From: Octopus vulgaris
Lineage: Eukaryota
Reading direction: 5' to 3'
NCBI GenBank assembly: GCA_951406725.2
Contig: OX597823.1
Span: forward strand, 744,001 to 808,000
DNA: 64,000 bases
Part shown: positions 1 to 11,244 of the stretch, one piece after another
How the letters are laid out: the number at the start of each line of letters is the position of its first letter
Numbering within the stretch: position 1 is the stretch's first letter
Program-made: the position numbers and the translations under genes
The notes under the pieces: generated by a model
What the model saw: the letters and a program-made list of their open reading frames with translations, nothing else
Told to the model about the DNA's origin: nothing
Databases searched by the model: none

Positions 1-80
1 TATATATTATCTTTTACTTATTTCAATCATTTAGACTGTGGCCATGCTGGGGCACTACTTTGAAGAATTTTAGTCAAAGG

Positions 81-565
81 TGTAGTGACGTCATATTCCA
101 GTGTGCGCACACGCAACGTCATTCTTCAGTGTGCGTGTGCGGAACGTATTCTTCAGTCTGCGTGTGCGGAACGTCCTTCAGTGTGCGTGTGCAGGGTTGG
201 AACCATCTAGAACTTTCTGGAAAGGCATAAGGAAGTTCCCTCATGCACATGCGCTAGAGACTGGGGAAGAAATTCTATCGCGTTCCTTAATAGCGTCGTT
301 GACTTGAGACACGGTGATAGAAGAGAAAGGACGTATTTTTAAACGTGTGATCAGCCTATTCTCCTGTCCTAGACACTTAGGATTTGACCTGTTCTGTTGC
401 TGCTGAATTTGTTGTAAAATCTTACAAATGTTAAAATTCAGCCTTGCCGTGTTGAACTAAGTGATACCAATATACCAACGTGCTTCATTTGTGAATAAGA
501 GAATAAAGAATCATATATATTTTTAAAGTTGCGTTTTGTTCCTGACTGGTAGTTTCTGGAAACAA
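81..565 (+). mobile_element. Solo-LTR-like insertion (3' end uncertain)
   Basis: Begins TGTAGT. CpG-rich relative to flanks, with internal ~26-bp tandem repeats (TTCTTCAGTGTGCGTGTGCGGAACGT) and AATAAA near 502-507. Interrupts a SINE whose end is repeated on both sides. Confidence 0.5.
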
Positions 566-625
566 AAAGAAAGGAAATTGTGTTGCACCCAAAAAGTGTA
601 AAGAAGCAATCAGTTTCCTTTACAT

Positions 626-870
626 ATATATATTATCTTTTACTTATTTCAATCATTTAGACTGTGCCATGCTGGGGCACTACTTTGAAGAATTTTAGTC
701 AAAGGCATTGACCTCCTCAGGACTTATCTTTTAAAGCTTGGTACTTGTTCTGTTAGTTTCTTTTGCCAAACCACTAACTTATGGGGACATAAATAAACCA
801 ACACTGGTTATCAAGTGGTGGTAGGAACACACACACAACAGGCTTCTTTCAGTTTCTGCCTACCAAATAT
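626..870 (-). mobile_element. Octopus-type SINE (3' part, reverse orientation); related copies at 1-80, 43315-43400, 45520-45720
   Basis: Shared block ttttacttrtttcartcattt..gactgyggccatgctggrgcact...tagtc, continuing cttttgccraa...acaccaacayyggttrtcaag in the longer copies. Confidence 0.65.
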
Positions 871-1113
871 ATACACACACAATGTTTTAACATCTGCTTT
901 TCTATACTTGCGTAGACTGGAGGAAACTTTATCGAGTCCAGTTTTTCCAGTCAGGATGCTCTTCCTGTTGCCAACCCTTGCCTGCTCCCAAGCAAACTAA
1001 TATCTCTCCTCATTTATCAAACAATAACCAACCTAGAAATACTTTCACAGAAGACTGCAAACTATAAAACACTGTATAAACGGGGATGTTTACAACCATC
1101 TACCTGTCCACAT

Positions 1114-1155
<42 letters not shown>

Positions 1156-1789
1156 CTCTATACACATATATGTGGGTGTATAGGTTTATGAATGAATCTA
1201 GTGCAAATTATGGCAAATTGAAGCTTTTATATAACACAAATAATTGAGACTGAACAAACAATGGAATGTTTGGTGTGTGTGTGTGTGTGTGTGTGTGTGT
1301 GATTTATTAATGAGATAATAAAGTTTATTTAACTTGAATAAAAGAAAAACACAAGATCCTGCTATCATCACTTTTTATAATTAGTATGGCATGTGCTGCT
1401 GCCACCACACACACACATGCGCACACACACACACACACATACACACACGCATGCACACACACACACACACACACACACACGCATGCATACACACACACAC
1501 GCTGACCTTTATTGTTATTACAAGCATGAATTTTTAAAAAGTAACAATTATCCTTTCCATCGTTACAGCTTAATAAGATATCAAAACTGGAAGAATCTTT
1601 TAGTGATGCTGGACAAAATTTCTTCTGATTTCCCATTCTGATTTCAAATGCCATTGCAGTCAACTGTGCATTTCTACATTCCAGGGGCAATTAAACAAAG
1701 TACCAATAAAGTACAAGGGTCCCTAGAATCAATTAGCCCTCTTCTTAAAATCGTTGGCCTACTCTCTAATTGTAGAAGCAATTATCGTT

Positions 1790-2045
1790 TTTATCTTGGT
1801 TTGGCTCAGCTTCAGTCTTATTCCTCGTAGGAACTCCACAGGTAGCAGGTTACTACTTGTAGTTTTAGGTACCCACAAGTTTTCAGCAGTTTTTCAAGTG
1901 CTTAGAACCCTTCTGATAATCCTTGCAGTCCCTTAGAGACAAACATTCTGCAGGAGCTCTGCTGGTCATTCTATTCCAATCTCATTCAGCCATTTGTCTA
2001 TATCTTGGCTTGCTGTTCCCAATGCACCATTTATTATAGGCATGA

Positions 2046-2046
<1 letters not shown>
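1790..2046 (-). mobile_element. 3' end of an R4/Dong-like RLE LINE
   Basis: Minus strand reads PIINGALGTASQDIDKWLNEIGIE..ELLQNVCL.GTARIIRRVLST*, the typical RLE C-terminus. Abuts (TTA)n at 2047-2093. Confidence 0.7.
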
Positions 2047-2081
<35 letters not shown>

Positions 2082-2104
2082 TATTATTATTATCATCTTG
2101 GCCT

Positions 2105-3805
2105 ATGCCCCTCAGCCGGGGCTACCCGATGGACAGAAAGACTGATTCTATGACACCTTCTTGCAGACTACCTCGTTGACAAATGACACGGACCTTCTCT
2201 TTGTGGCTAGTGACTTCAATGGACATGGTGGACAACATGTTGGGGGCTTCCATAGCATACATGGAGGCTACAGTTTTGGCTCTCGCAATGAGGGGGGAAC
2301 TAAGCTGCTAGAGTTCTGTGATGCAAATGATCTTATGGTTTGCAATACCAAATTCAGGAAACCCACCTGTCACCTAGTCACGTACTGTTCTGGCAGACAC
2401 ACTGTCAAATTAACTACATCCTGGAAGAACGGTGGTAGCAGGGAAGGGTATCAGACTGTCAGAAGGGAAGCTAAGAGACGGATTTATTTAGCCAGAGGGG
2501 AAGCAGATAAAAAATTTGCCAATGTTCTGCACTGTGAGGATGAAAGACTTGAGGTATTTCGTGTTGCAAGACAGTGTGTGAGAGAGAATCGTGATGTGGT
2601 AGGAGAGAAATGTGTTCACATGGATGATGGTTCACTTGCGCTAAGTGAGGATGCAAAGAGAGAGGTTTGGAGACGCCACTATGAAAGGTTGCTGAATAAA
2701 GAAAATGAATGGGAGAAAGAGAGTCTGACGAATGTCAACCCAACAGAGGGACCAACTATCTGAGTTGACAGTACCTTGGTAGATAAGGCAATTAGAAGTA
2801 TGAAGACAGGGAAAGCCCCAGGCCCATCAGGAATTACTGCAAAGATGTTTAAAATATCTGGTAGTGTTGGCTATAGCCTAGTCACCCGTATAGTTAACCA
2901 GGTGATACACAAAGGAGTCATTCCCAATGACTGGTGTAGCAGCACTATAGTCAACTGCTACAAAGGTAAAGGTGACGCCCTAGATACAAATAATTACAGA
3001 GGTATCAAGTCGTTGGATCAGGTAATGAAGGTCATGGACAGGGTCATAGCCCAACTAATTAGGGAGAGAGTCAGTTTAGATGAGATGCAGTTTGGGTTCG
3101 TGCCAGGAAAAAGTATTTCTGATGCTATATTTCTGGTAAGACAGCTGCAGGAGAAATACCTAGCCAAAGATAAGCCCCTGTACCTGGCTTTTGTTGACAT
3201 GGAGAAAGCCTTCGATAGGGTCCCCCGATACCTTATCTGGTGGTCAATGAGGACACTAGGGATAGAAGAATGGTTAGTGAGAGCTGTGCAAGCCATGTAC
3301 AGGGATGCTGTCAGTAAGGTGAGGGTCGGCAATGAGTACAGTGAAGAATTCCAGGTTAGAGGTAGGGGTCCACCAAGATTCAATCCTCAGCCCCCTCCTA
3401 TTTATCATAGTCCTCCAGGCAATAACAGAGGAATTCAAGACAGGATGCTCCTGGGAGCTCCTCTATGCTGATGACCTTGCTCTAATTGCTGAGTCACTAT
3501 CGGAACTAGAGGGGAAATTTCAGGTGTGGAAACAAGGATTAGAATCGAAGGGCCTTAGAGTCAACCTAGCTAAAACCAAAGTACTAATAAGTAGGAAGGT
3601 AGACAAATCACAAACGCCTTCAGGTAGATGGCCCTGCTCGATCTGTAGAAAAGGCATAGGTAGAAACTCCATAAGATGTACCTGGTGTAAGCCATGGACA
3701 CATAAGAAGTGCAGCAATATCAAAGGAAGGCTAACTGGGAAGATAGTTTTTGTATGTGGCAGATGCTCAGGAGCAATAAACTCAGAAAATGTGCAGAGAA
3801 CAACA
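2105..3805 (+). mobile_element. RTE-clade LINE, decayed (partial APE, RT, PHD-type finger), truncated at both ends
   Basis: ORFs 2161-2763 (SDFNGH, RNEGG.KLLEFC), 2776-3471 (KAPGPSG, NYRGI, QFGF, FVDMEKAFDRVP) and 3332-3814 (LSPLLF, LLYADD, NLAKTK, C4HC3). Contains frameshifts, a stop and an internal deletion. Confidence 0.92.
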
Positions 3806-4359
3806 TCAAAGTGACACTGGGGTAAAATAAATGAAGCCCAGTATACCCATCATGACTACCCATCTGATAAAGGTATACCAGGCACATGCATCACAACCAT
3901 ATATGCATGACATGGCAATCTCATATCAAGATAAACAGCGCATGACCTTGCAGGTGGGGCCCAGTTAGAAAAGTCTTCTGGTCAAGTAACCCATCCCACC
4001 CAAAAGGTCCCTGAGTAAGGATTGTTTAAGGATGTTGAATGAACCACCCATATTTCCAAAGGTGAATTATCCAAACCCCAAAGGATTCCTTTCAACACAC
4101 AGCTATGATGCTCCCCCATTACTTCTGCTGATGCTCCCCCACTACTTCTGCTCGTGATCAGAGATGCACATATCGTCAGCCACTAAGGGAGATGGTCAAC
4201 TGGTTAAGGTCAAACAACTGACAAGCAAATCTGTGGTATTGAGCAGAATATTTGCTGTAGCCCATCTTTTATACCAAGACAAAACAATGTACATGATAAC
4301 ACTTCCAATCAGTTAAGATCAGAAGCCACGAGAACCACTGCCTGGTACAGCATCAGGGC

Positions 4360-4363
<4 letters not shown>
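3806..4363. mobile_element. ~555-bp non-coding interspersed element, copy 1, followed by (TTA)n
   Basis: Highly similar to 33221-33778 and, inverted, to 44271-44819. Confidence 0.8.
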
Positions 4364-4420
<57 letters not shown>

Positions 4421-4477
4421 ATATAAAGATATAGAGTCAAAATTAAAAGAAGAGTGCCATTGTTATCTAGTGAACAA

Positions 4478-4539
<62 letters not shown>

Positions 4540-4547
4540 TTGTAATT

Positions 4548-5100
4548 AAGGCAGTGTGGTGCTGGCAGAATCATTAGCATGCTGGCCAAAATGCTTAGTG
4601 CCATTTCATCTGTCTTTGCGTTTTGAGATCAAATTCCACCAAGGTTAACTTTGCTTTTCATTCCTCTGGGGGTCGATAAAATAAATATTGTGCTTAGCAG
4701 CATAACATCCATTTTTACATTCAAAGTTCAAATTCTGCCAAGGTTGATTTTGCCTATCATGCTTTCAGGGTTGATAAAATAGGTACCAGTTAGATACTGG
4801 GGTTGATGTAAGCAACATACTCCCTCCCCACAAAAGTTCTGGCCCTGTGCCTGTATTTGAAAGGCTTAGTAATAGTTTGGAGCAAATTGTGAGAGTCAGT
4901 AGAGCGTTGGATAAATTGGCTTGTGATGTTTTTCCTGAATTATTCCATCTCTGTCAGTCTGTCTGGTTGTGTCTCTCTCTTATTCTCTCTCTCTGAGTTC
5001 AAATCTTACCAAAGTTATCTTTCTGCCTTTCATCCTTCCTGGTACTTTATTTATTGACTTGTTGACAAATAAAGTACCTGTTACCTACTGGAGGAATCAA
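4548..5100 (+). mobile_element. Cluster of degenerate tRNA-type SINEs; related pieces at 19030-19190, 54280-54420 (-), 55220-55400
   Basis: Repeated core GTTCAAATTCYRCCAAGGTYRACTTTGCYTTTCAT...GGGGTCGATAAAATA.GTACC, B-box-like start. Confidence 0.65.
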
Positions 5101-5399
5101 TTCTTATGTCTGTCTGTCTACACACATCTCTCTCTCTCTCTCTCTCTTTCTCTCTTTCTCTCAGAATCACTTACATTATGCAGAGACAAGGGTCTCTATT
5201 TCTCCAGAAATGAAAGGAATTGGCCAACTCTTCTCATAGAATTAATTGAGATATTAGTGAAAGCATTCAAAGACTGACCAATGTTGAAGTACAGAATGGA
5301 AATAGAGATAAAGAACAAGAAGAGTGATGAAGTTTCATCCCTCCAAGTTCTGAATTTAATTCCTGGCTCTGGTCAGTCTTGCTTTCCAGCTGGAGTGGG

Positions 5400-5900
5400 G
5401 ATTTGAAACCAAATCCCTGGATACACAGTCAGACATCACAAGCAAACCACAATGGTTTCATGTGATCCATCTATTAAGCAACCAATTGGCACCGAGCCAT
5501 TACTTGATTCCATCTTCTAGATTCTTTTAGAAAAGGTCACTTTTGGTGGAAACTGCAAAATGTTGAGGCAGCCGAGTGAGATGTGTCTCCATTCATGCCA
5601 CACCAGACAGACCATGCGGGCAGCTCAAGCACATCGTCAAGAATCTCCATCACCAAGAATATAACACAATTATTTCCAGTTATGTTGGACAAGCCCCATG
5701 TTGCCATAGCAACACCTTTCTGTAATCCCAGAGCAATATTTCTCTCCCAGTCGGTAATTGTTGCTGTTGTTATCTGTAAAAGACCAACACAGTTTGTCTT
5801 TGTGTGTGATAATAAAATCTTCTGTGAAATGTTCACGAGTGTTGTTCAGTTCCTTCTTCAAATGGCTCAACAAACCTATTTCCATTCATCAACTCAGCCA
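5400..5900 (-). mobile_element. Possible highly decayed Tc1/mariner-superfamily (Tc3-like) transposase fragment
   Basis: Scattered minus-strand motifs in the expected order but different frames: DKLCWS, NNCVIF, WSVWCGM, NRWI. Confidence 0.3.
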
Positions 5901-6281
5901 GTCACACCAACAAACAAACCAACAAACATCCTTCCAAGCTCGGTGAAATATCAGTGAAGCACAGAAATCCTTTTAAATCCATTGTTCTGCTCTGCCTCGT
6001 AAACGTTTGGCCTCATGTCCAATGTCAGAAGAAACAGTAGAATGACATCACTTGAGAGGTTGTCTGTTCAAACGATGGTCAGATGCTCTTCCGGTTGCCA
6101 ACCCTCGTCTGTTTCCAAGGAAAGAAATATTTCCTTCATGACTGCTGGACATGTTTTTCGCAGAAGATTAAAAACAAATGACACTGCTTGGATGATGGAG
6201 ACACTCGTGTACAGCAACAGAGCAATGTCAAGACACACACACACACACATGTATGCATGTGCATGCATGCACACACATACA

Positions 6282-6315
<34 letters not shown>

Positions 6316-6719
6316 AGATGAGCTTCTTTCAGGTTCCACCTTCCAAATCTACTCTCAAGGTTTTGGTCAGTCCCGGCCTTTAGTAGAAGACATTTTCTCA
6401 AGATGTCACACAGTGGGGCTGAATCTAAAAATGGGAGAGCAAAGGGAACTTTTTAACCCCACAACCGTGCCCCCACCCCACCCCACATATCTATTATTAG
6501 TTTATAAAAGAAAAACGAAATTATGGTAAATATGTTTATGGAAACAAGAGAATATTACCATTTATTTCGCCAATGGATATTAATGGCAAAACAAACCAAA
6601 AAAGAAGAGAAAACAGAATCTGAGACAAGGGAGCATCTACATGGTCGTTCAACTTGCTAGAAATAACAGCCAGCTTTATCTCAGGCAAGATCCTACCATC
6701 TTAGAAAAGAAGGAACATA

Positions 6720-7352
6720 CAGTAAATCACTCACCCTGTTGTGGTTCACCTATCGCGCCCTCGGTGCTGATTTTTCTGGCTAATTAAGTCATTTATATTG
6801 CAGACTCCTTAGTATATCTGGGTTTCTGCAGCCAAGAGGTATTTATATTTTTTAAGTTTTTAATTATTTCACGCCCAAAACTTAATAAATTGATAAATAG
6901 AAATGCAATACAATACCACACTGTATAACATTAATTAAAATATATTAAAAGAAAATAGTGTTCTGTAGATGAGAAAACAAAGAATTATACATACTGAATG
7001 GAAAACAAAAACTTGGGAGGCGGCGAGTGTGTGGTGTCGTTTGGCATTTGGGTGTGAAATTGTGGATTTATTTCAAGCCCTACGATATCACCCAAACGTT
7101 CTGCACCTGTTAAGGTTTTCTTCCTGACACAGAAGAAAAGACCAGCAACTGCCCATCACTATGTTCTTCAACCTCAAAAAAAAAAAAAACCCAGAAGACA
7201 CAGGTACGCCTAAGGGTGTGCAAAGAGCTTATAAAAACTTAAATATATAAAAATAATTAAAAAATATACACAGTACTGTTTATACTTCATGGATTTTCAC
7301 CTATCTCAGGAAGTTTTGGAATGTAACACCTGTGATAGTTGAGGGATTACTG
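6720..7352 (+). mobile_element. pogo/Tigger-type non-autonomous DNA transposon (MITE)
   Basis: TA|CAGTAAATCACTCA ... TGAGGGATTACTG|TA imperfect TIRs with TA TSD. Internal QKKR..QLPITMFF resembles a Tigger transposase C-terminus. Confidence 0.7.
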
Positions 7353-8404
7353 TATCGGATAATAGGATTGAGAACACAACACCGTACCCGAACAGAAGAT
7401 GGGATGGTCAAGGCTGGAATATTTTTGATCATAAGTACTGTTCAAGGCTGACAACAATAATGGAAAAAGCCATACAGAGAGTGTATCCCTTATTTTTGCA
7501 ATGGGAGAGGGGGACTGAGCCTTTTTTTATGTCTCTTACGAACTTTTCAGCAAAAAATGCCAAGGTTAAGATTAAAGGTTTTAAGTGATAATCAGTTTGA
7601 AATGATTTTCCGGAAGAAAAATGATTTTTTATGAAGCTTTTGCTGTTGTGGTAATCATTACACAAATTTCGTTTGAAGAGGTTAACTGATAGGAAGTGAG
7701 AGAGAAAATGTGACCCTCTACATAAATGGCAATAATATTTGTATATCTCAGGGAGCCACTGGACTAATTGGATGGTTCCATGAATATTTGGCAAACCAGT
7801 AGATGCTGTGATGTGGAATATTTCTGATGGTATCAGGTCTACTTTGGTCATTTTCCATGAAGAACCACGACTGTTTTTGTCTCATACATTGATTTCAGCG
7901 ACATATTCTTAACTGCGATTAGACAGTCTTTTTTCAATTTTTTCTTTGTTAAAAGGTATTGAAATTACCTGACCAAATTGTATTCATGGAGGTAATTAGT
8001 TTTGTTGCAGGTAAACTTAGGAAAAAATATTCATTGTTATAAGCATACCGGATTATTTAATTCGAATGGATTCGGTTTGTTCCAGGAGGATTATCTCATT
8101 TAAAGCTGGATAAACCAGGATATTTCTCCATTTACTTATTTTAACATTTCCAGACATTCAGTTCTTAACCATTTCCAGTGAATTTTTTGGTTAATGTTGA
8201 AGAATGGAAGGACAAGATTTCCAATTCAGCAACAAGCTCATAGAATCCAAATTAAAATGGCCAATGAAAATATAGAAATTTATATATTTATGTTTGTGAG
8301 TAAAAGTGTTTTGAGAATTGAAAACAGTTTTTGTTTTGACAATTCGTAACTGACAGACTTGAAGCAAAGGATTTAAAATTTGCCAGGAATCTATTTTTAA
8401 TTTA

Positions 8405-9508
8405 CTGAAAAGCAGAAAGTATCTGAGAGATGCAAAGACAATACCAGGGAAGTTGCAGCACAGGTTGGTGGTTGTTGACTTGGATAAGAGGAAAGTTAAA
8501 AAGTGTGTAAGAAAGGGAACGGTTAAGAGGAGAAAGGTGTGGAAACTGAAGGAAAAAGAAACAAGAGCAAGGTTTGAGGAGAGAGTTGGGGAGTTGGTAA
8601 GGGTTGATTCACTGGATTTGTGGAAGTCCTTTAAAGAAGGGGTACTAAAGGTGTGTGACGAAGTGTGTGAAAGGACGAAGGGTGGGAGAGATCGAGGAGC
8701 TACGTGATGGTGGAATGAGGAGGTGAGGGATGAGATAGCAAGGAAGAAGGAGGTGCACAAAGCTTTCTGTAATAATAGGAGGGAGCAAATGAAAGCCTGG
8801 TATAATAAGATGGAGAATCGTGCAAAGGGGGTGGTTGCGAGATTTATGAGGAAGGAGGCTGAGGAGAGGTTGAGTGGGGTGGATGAAGCCAGAAAGGGTG
8901 TTTAGGTTTATTAAATCAATGGAAAAAGATGGAAGAGATGTTGAGGGAGGAAGATGCGTGTGGGGGGGAGTGAGGGAAGGCTGAATTTTAGTGAGAAGAA
9001 GGACAGGGGAAGTGTTTGGAAGGAGCATATGGAGGGAATCATGAATGGGATCAGAGGGTGGGAGCTGCTGTGGTGAAGGGGTCAGTGGAGAGGGTTAGTC
9101 GGGAAGAAGTAGTGGAGGAAAAGAAAAGAGGAAAGGGCAGCTGGTCCATCAGAAGTAAGTGGAGAGATAGGGATTGTTGTGATGATGGAGCTCTGGCAGG
9201 GTGCGCTGGATGGAAGAGGAATGCCAGGGGACTGGGTACCAATTTTCAAGGGGAAGAGGTATGTGATGAGCTGTGGAGCATATAGAGAAGTTATTGGAGC
9301 ATGAAATGAAGATGGTCGACAGGGTGTTGGAGAGGAGAATTCAGAAAGGGATGGATGTGGATGAGATGCAATTTGGTTTTATGCCAGGGAGGGGGACAAT
9401 AGATGCAGAGTTCCTTGCAAGGAGATTGCAAGAGGAATACCGAGATGAGGAGGAGGAGTTGTACACGTGCTTTGTTGATCTGGAGAAGGCATTTGATAGG
9501 GTTCCTCC
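8405..9508 (+). mobile_element. RTE-clade LINE fragment (purine-rich subfamily)
   Basis: QHRLVVVDL, KVWKLKE, WWNEEV, EMQFGFMPGRGTIDA, CFVDLEKAFDRVP. Multiple frameshifts. Confidence 0.85.
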
Positions 9509-9783
9509 TGATGTGGCACCAGCGAATTTCCATTTCTTTCAAATGCTATGTGTGGAGTTTCGTTCAATATTGATGCAGAATTGAGAGCTTGGTTGGATCA
9601 ATTTTTGGAGTCGAAATCGGGTGATTTCTACCAATGAGGTATTGAAAATCTCGTTGAACATTGGGAAGAAGTTGTAAACAACAATGGTGAATACATTATT
9701 GATTAATTAGTTGTTATTTTTTATTAAACCTTTTAAAAAATTAAAATTTTTAAAAATGGCTGGAAGTTAGTTGCCAACCCAAT
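9509..9783 (+). mobile_element. mariner transposon 3' fragment
   Basis: PDVAPANFHFF (SPDLAP.D-like), WEEVVNNNGEYIID*, TIR-like end TTAGTTGCCAACCCAAT followed by TA run. Confidence 0.8.
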
Positions 9784-9825
9784 ATATATACATGCATATA
9801 TTTGTGTATTTGTATCTGTGTTTGG

Positions 9826-10800
9826 GACAAGCTAGAGGTAGTGGATAGCTTCCATTATCGAGATGACCAAGTTAGTAGACGAGGTGGATGCTCCGAGAGT
9901 GTAGCTGTGAGAATAAGATTAGGCTGGGCAAAGTTCAGAGGGCTTCTACCACTGTTGGCAACAAAGGGCCACTCCCTCAGAGTGAAAGGCAGATTGTTTG
10001 ATGCCTGTGTGTGAATAGCTATGCTACACGGCAGTGAAACATGAGCTGTGACTGTTGAGGACATGTTTAGGCTTGAAAGAAAGGAAGTTAGCATGCTTTG
10101 CTGGATGTGCATGTTCAACAAAGTGTAAGCATTTTGAGTGAAAAGTTTGGCATAAGAAGCATAAGATGTGGTGTGCAAGACAGACGACTGCACTGGTATG
10201 GTCATGTGATGCATATGGATGAGGACAGCTGTGTGAAAAAGTGTCACACCCTAGCAGTTGAGGGATTGAGGGAATCTGTGGAAGAGGTAGACCCAGAAAA
10301 ACCTGGGATGAGGTGGTGAAGCATGATCTTTGAACTTCGAGCCTCACAGAGGCAATGACTAGTGACCAAGTCTTTTGGTGATGTGCCATGCTTGAAAGGA
10401 CCCATCAAGCCAAGTGCACCCATGCTGGTGGCAAATAGAGAACAGTTTTTGAGCGTTGGGCTTCATGGGGGCAATGAACAAGACCTTTGGCCTTATATTG
10501 TGCTTGAGAGGAAGACCCCATCAAGCTGAGTAAAATTGCAGTTATGGCAGATACCAGTGTCATGCAAACTGGCACCTGTGCCAGTGGTGCATAAAAGTAC
10601 CCTAGTGTCAGGCAAATGGCACGTAAAAGCACCAATTACACTCTCAGAGTGGTTGGCATTAGGAAGGGCATCCAGATGTAGAAAACCATGCCAAATCAGA
10701 CTGGAGTCTAGTGCAGCCTTCCAGCATTCCAGCCTGGTCAAACTGTCCAACCCATGCCAGCATGGGCAATGGACATTAAACGATAATGATGATGATGATG
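9826..10800 (+). mobile_element. RTE LINE 3' half with 3' UTR and (GAT)n tail
   Basis: LEVVDSFHY, RIRLGWAKF, RLHWYGHVMHMDEDSCVKKC, conserved tail TTAGGAAGGGCATCCAG..GTAGAAA, (GAT)n. Confidence 0.9.
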
Positions 10801-11240
10801 TACAAGGTGTTTTATTCTACAAGTTTTGAGAGTTTTTCAGGGGAGACATTTATTAATATAAAAAACTTTAGCTTCCTTCAAACTAAGATCTTCCGAATCC
10901 AATCCCCTTTTAGCGTTCCAACCACTTTGTGAAGGTCCCATGGAAGTGCTGCAAAGAGAAGGGGTTCAGGACCCTTGTCACAACCTCCTTCATCTTCTCA
11001 ATGTCTTCAAAATGACTGCCCTTTCATATTCTCCTTCAGTTTGGGGGAACAACCAAAAGCCAGAGGGAGCAAGAGAGGGTGAGACAGTTTTGATTCCTCT
11101 CACTGTCAAGAAGTTGGTCCCCAGGATAGAATAGTGGACTGGTGCAGGTACTACTGATCCAAGTGGAAGCGATCTGGTCCTTTGCAATGAAATTTCTTCC
11201 TGAATTCCCTCAAAACTTTCACAAAGTATTCTTTGTTGAC
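10801..11240 (-). mobile_element. mariner transposase C-terminal fragment
   Basis: APVHYSILGTNFL..GIKTVSPSLAPSGFWLFP, a degenerate DNAP.H / SPDLAP.DFWLF. Confidence 0.7.
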
Positions 11241-11244
11241 TGTA

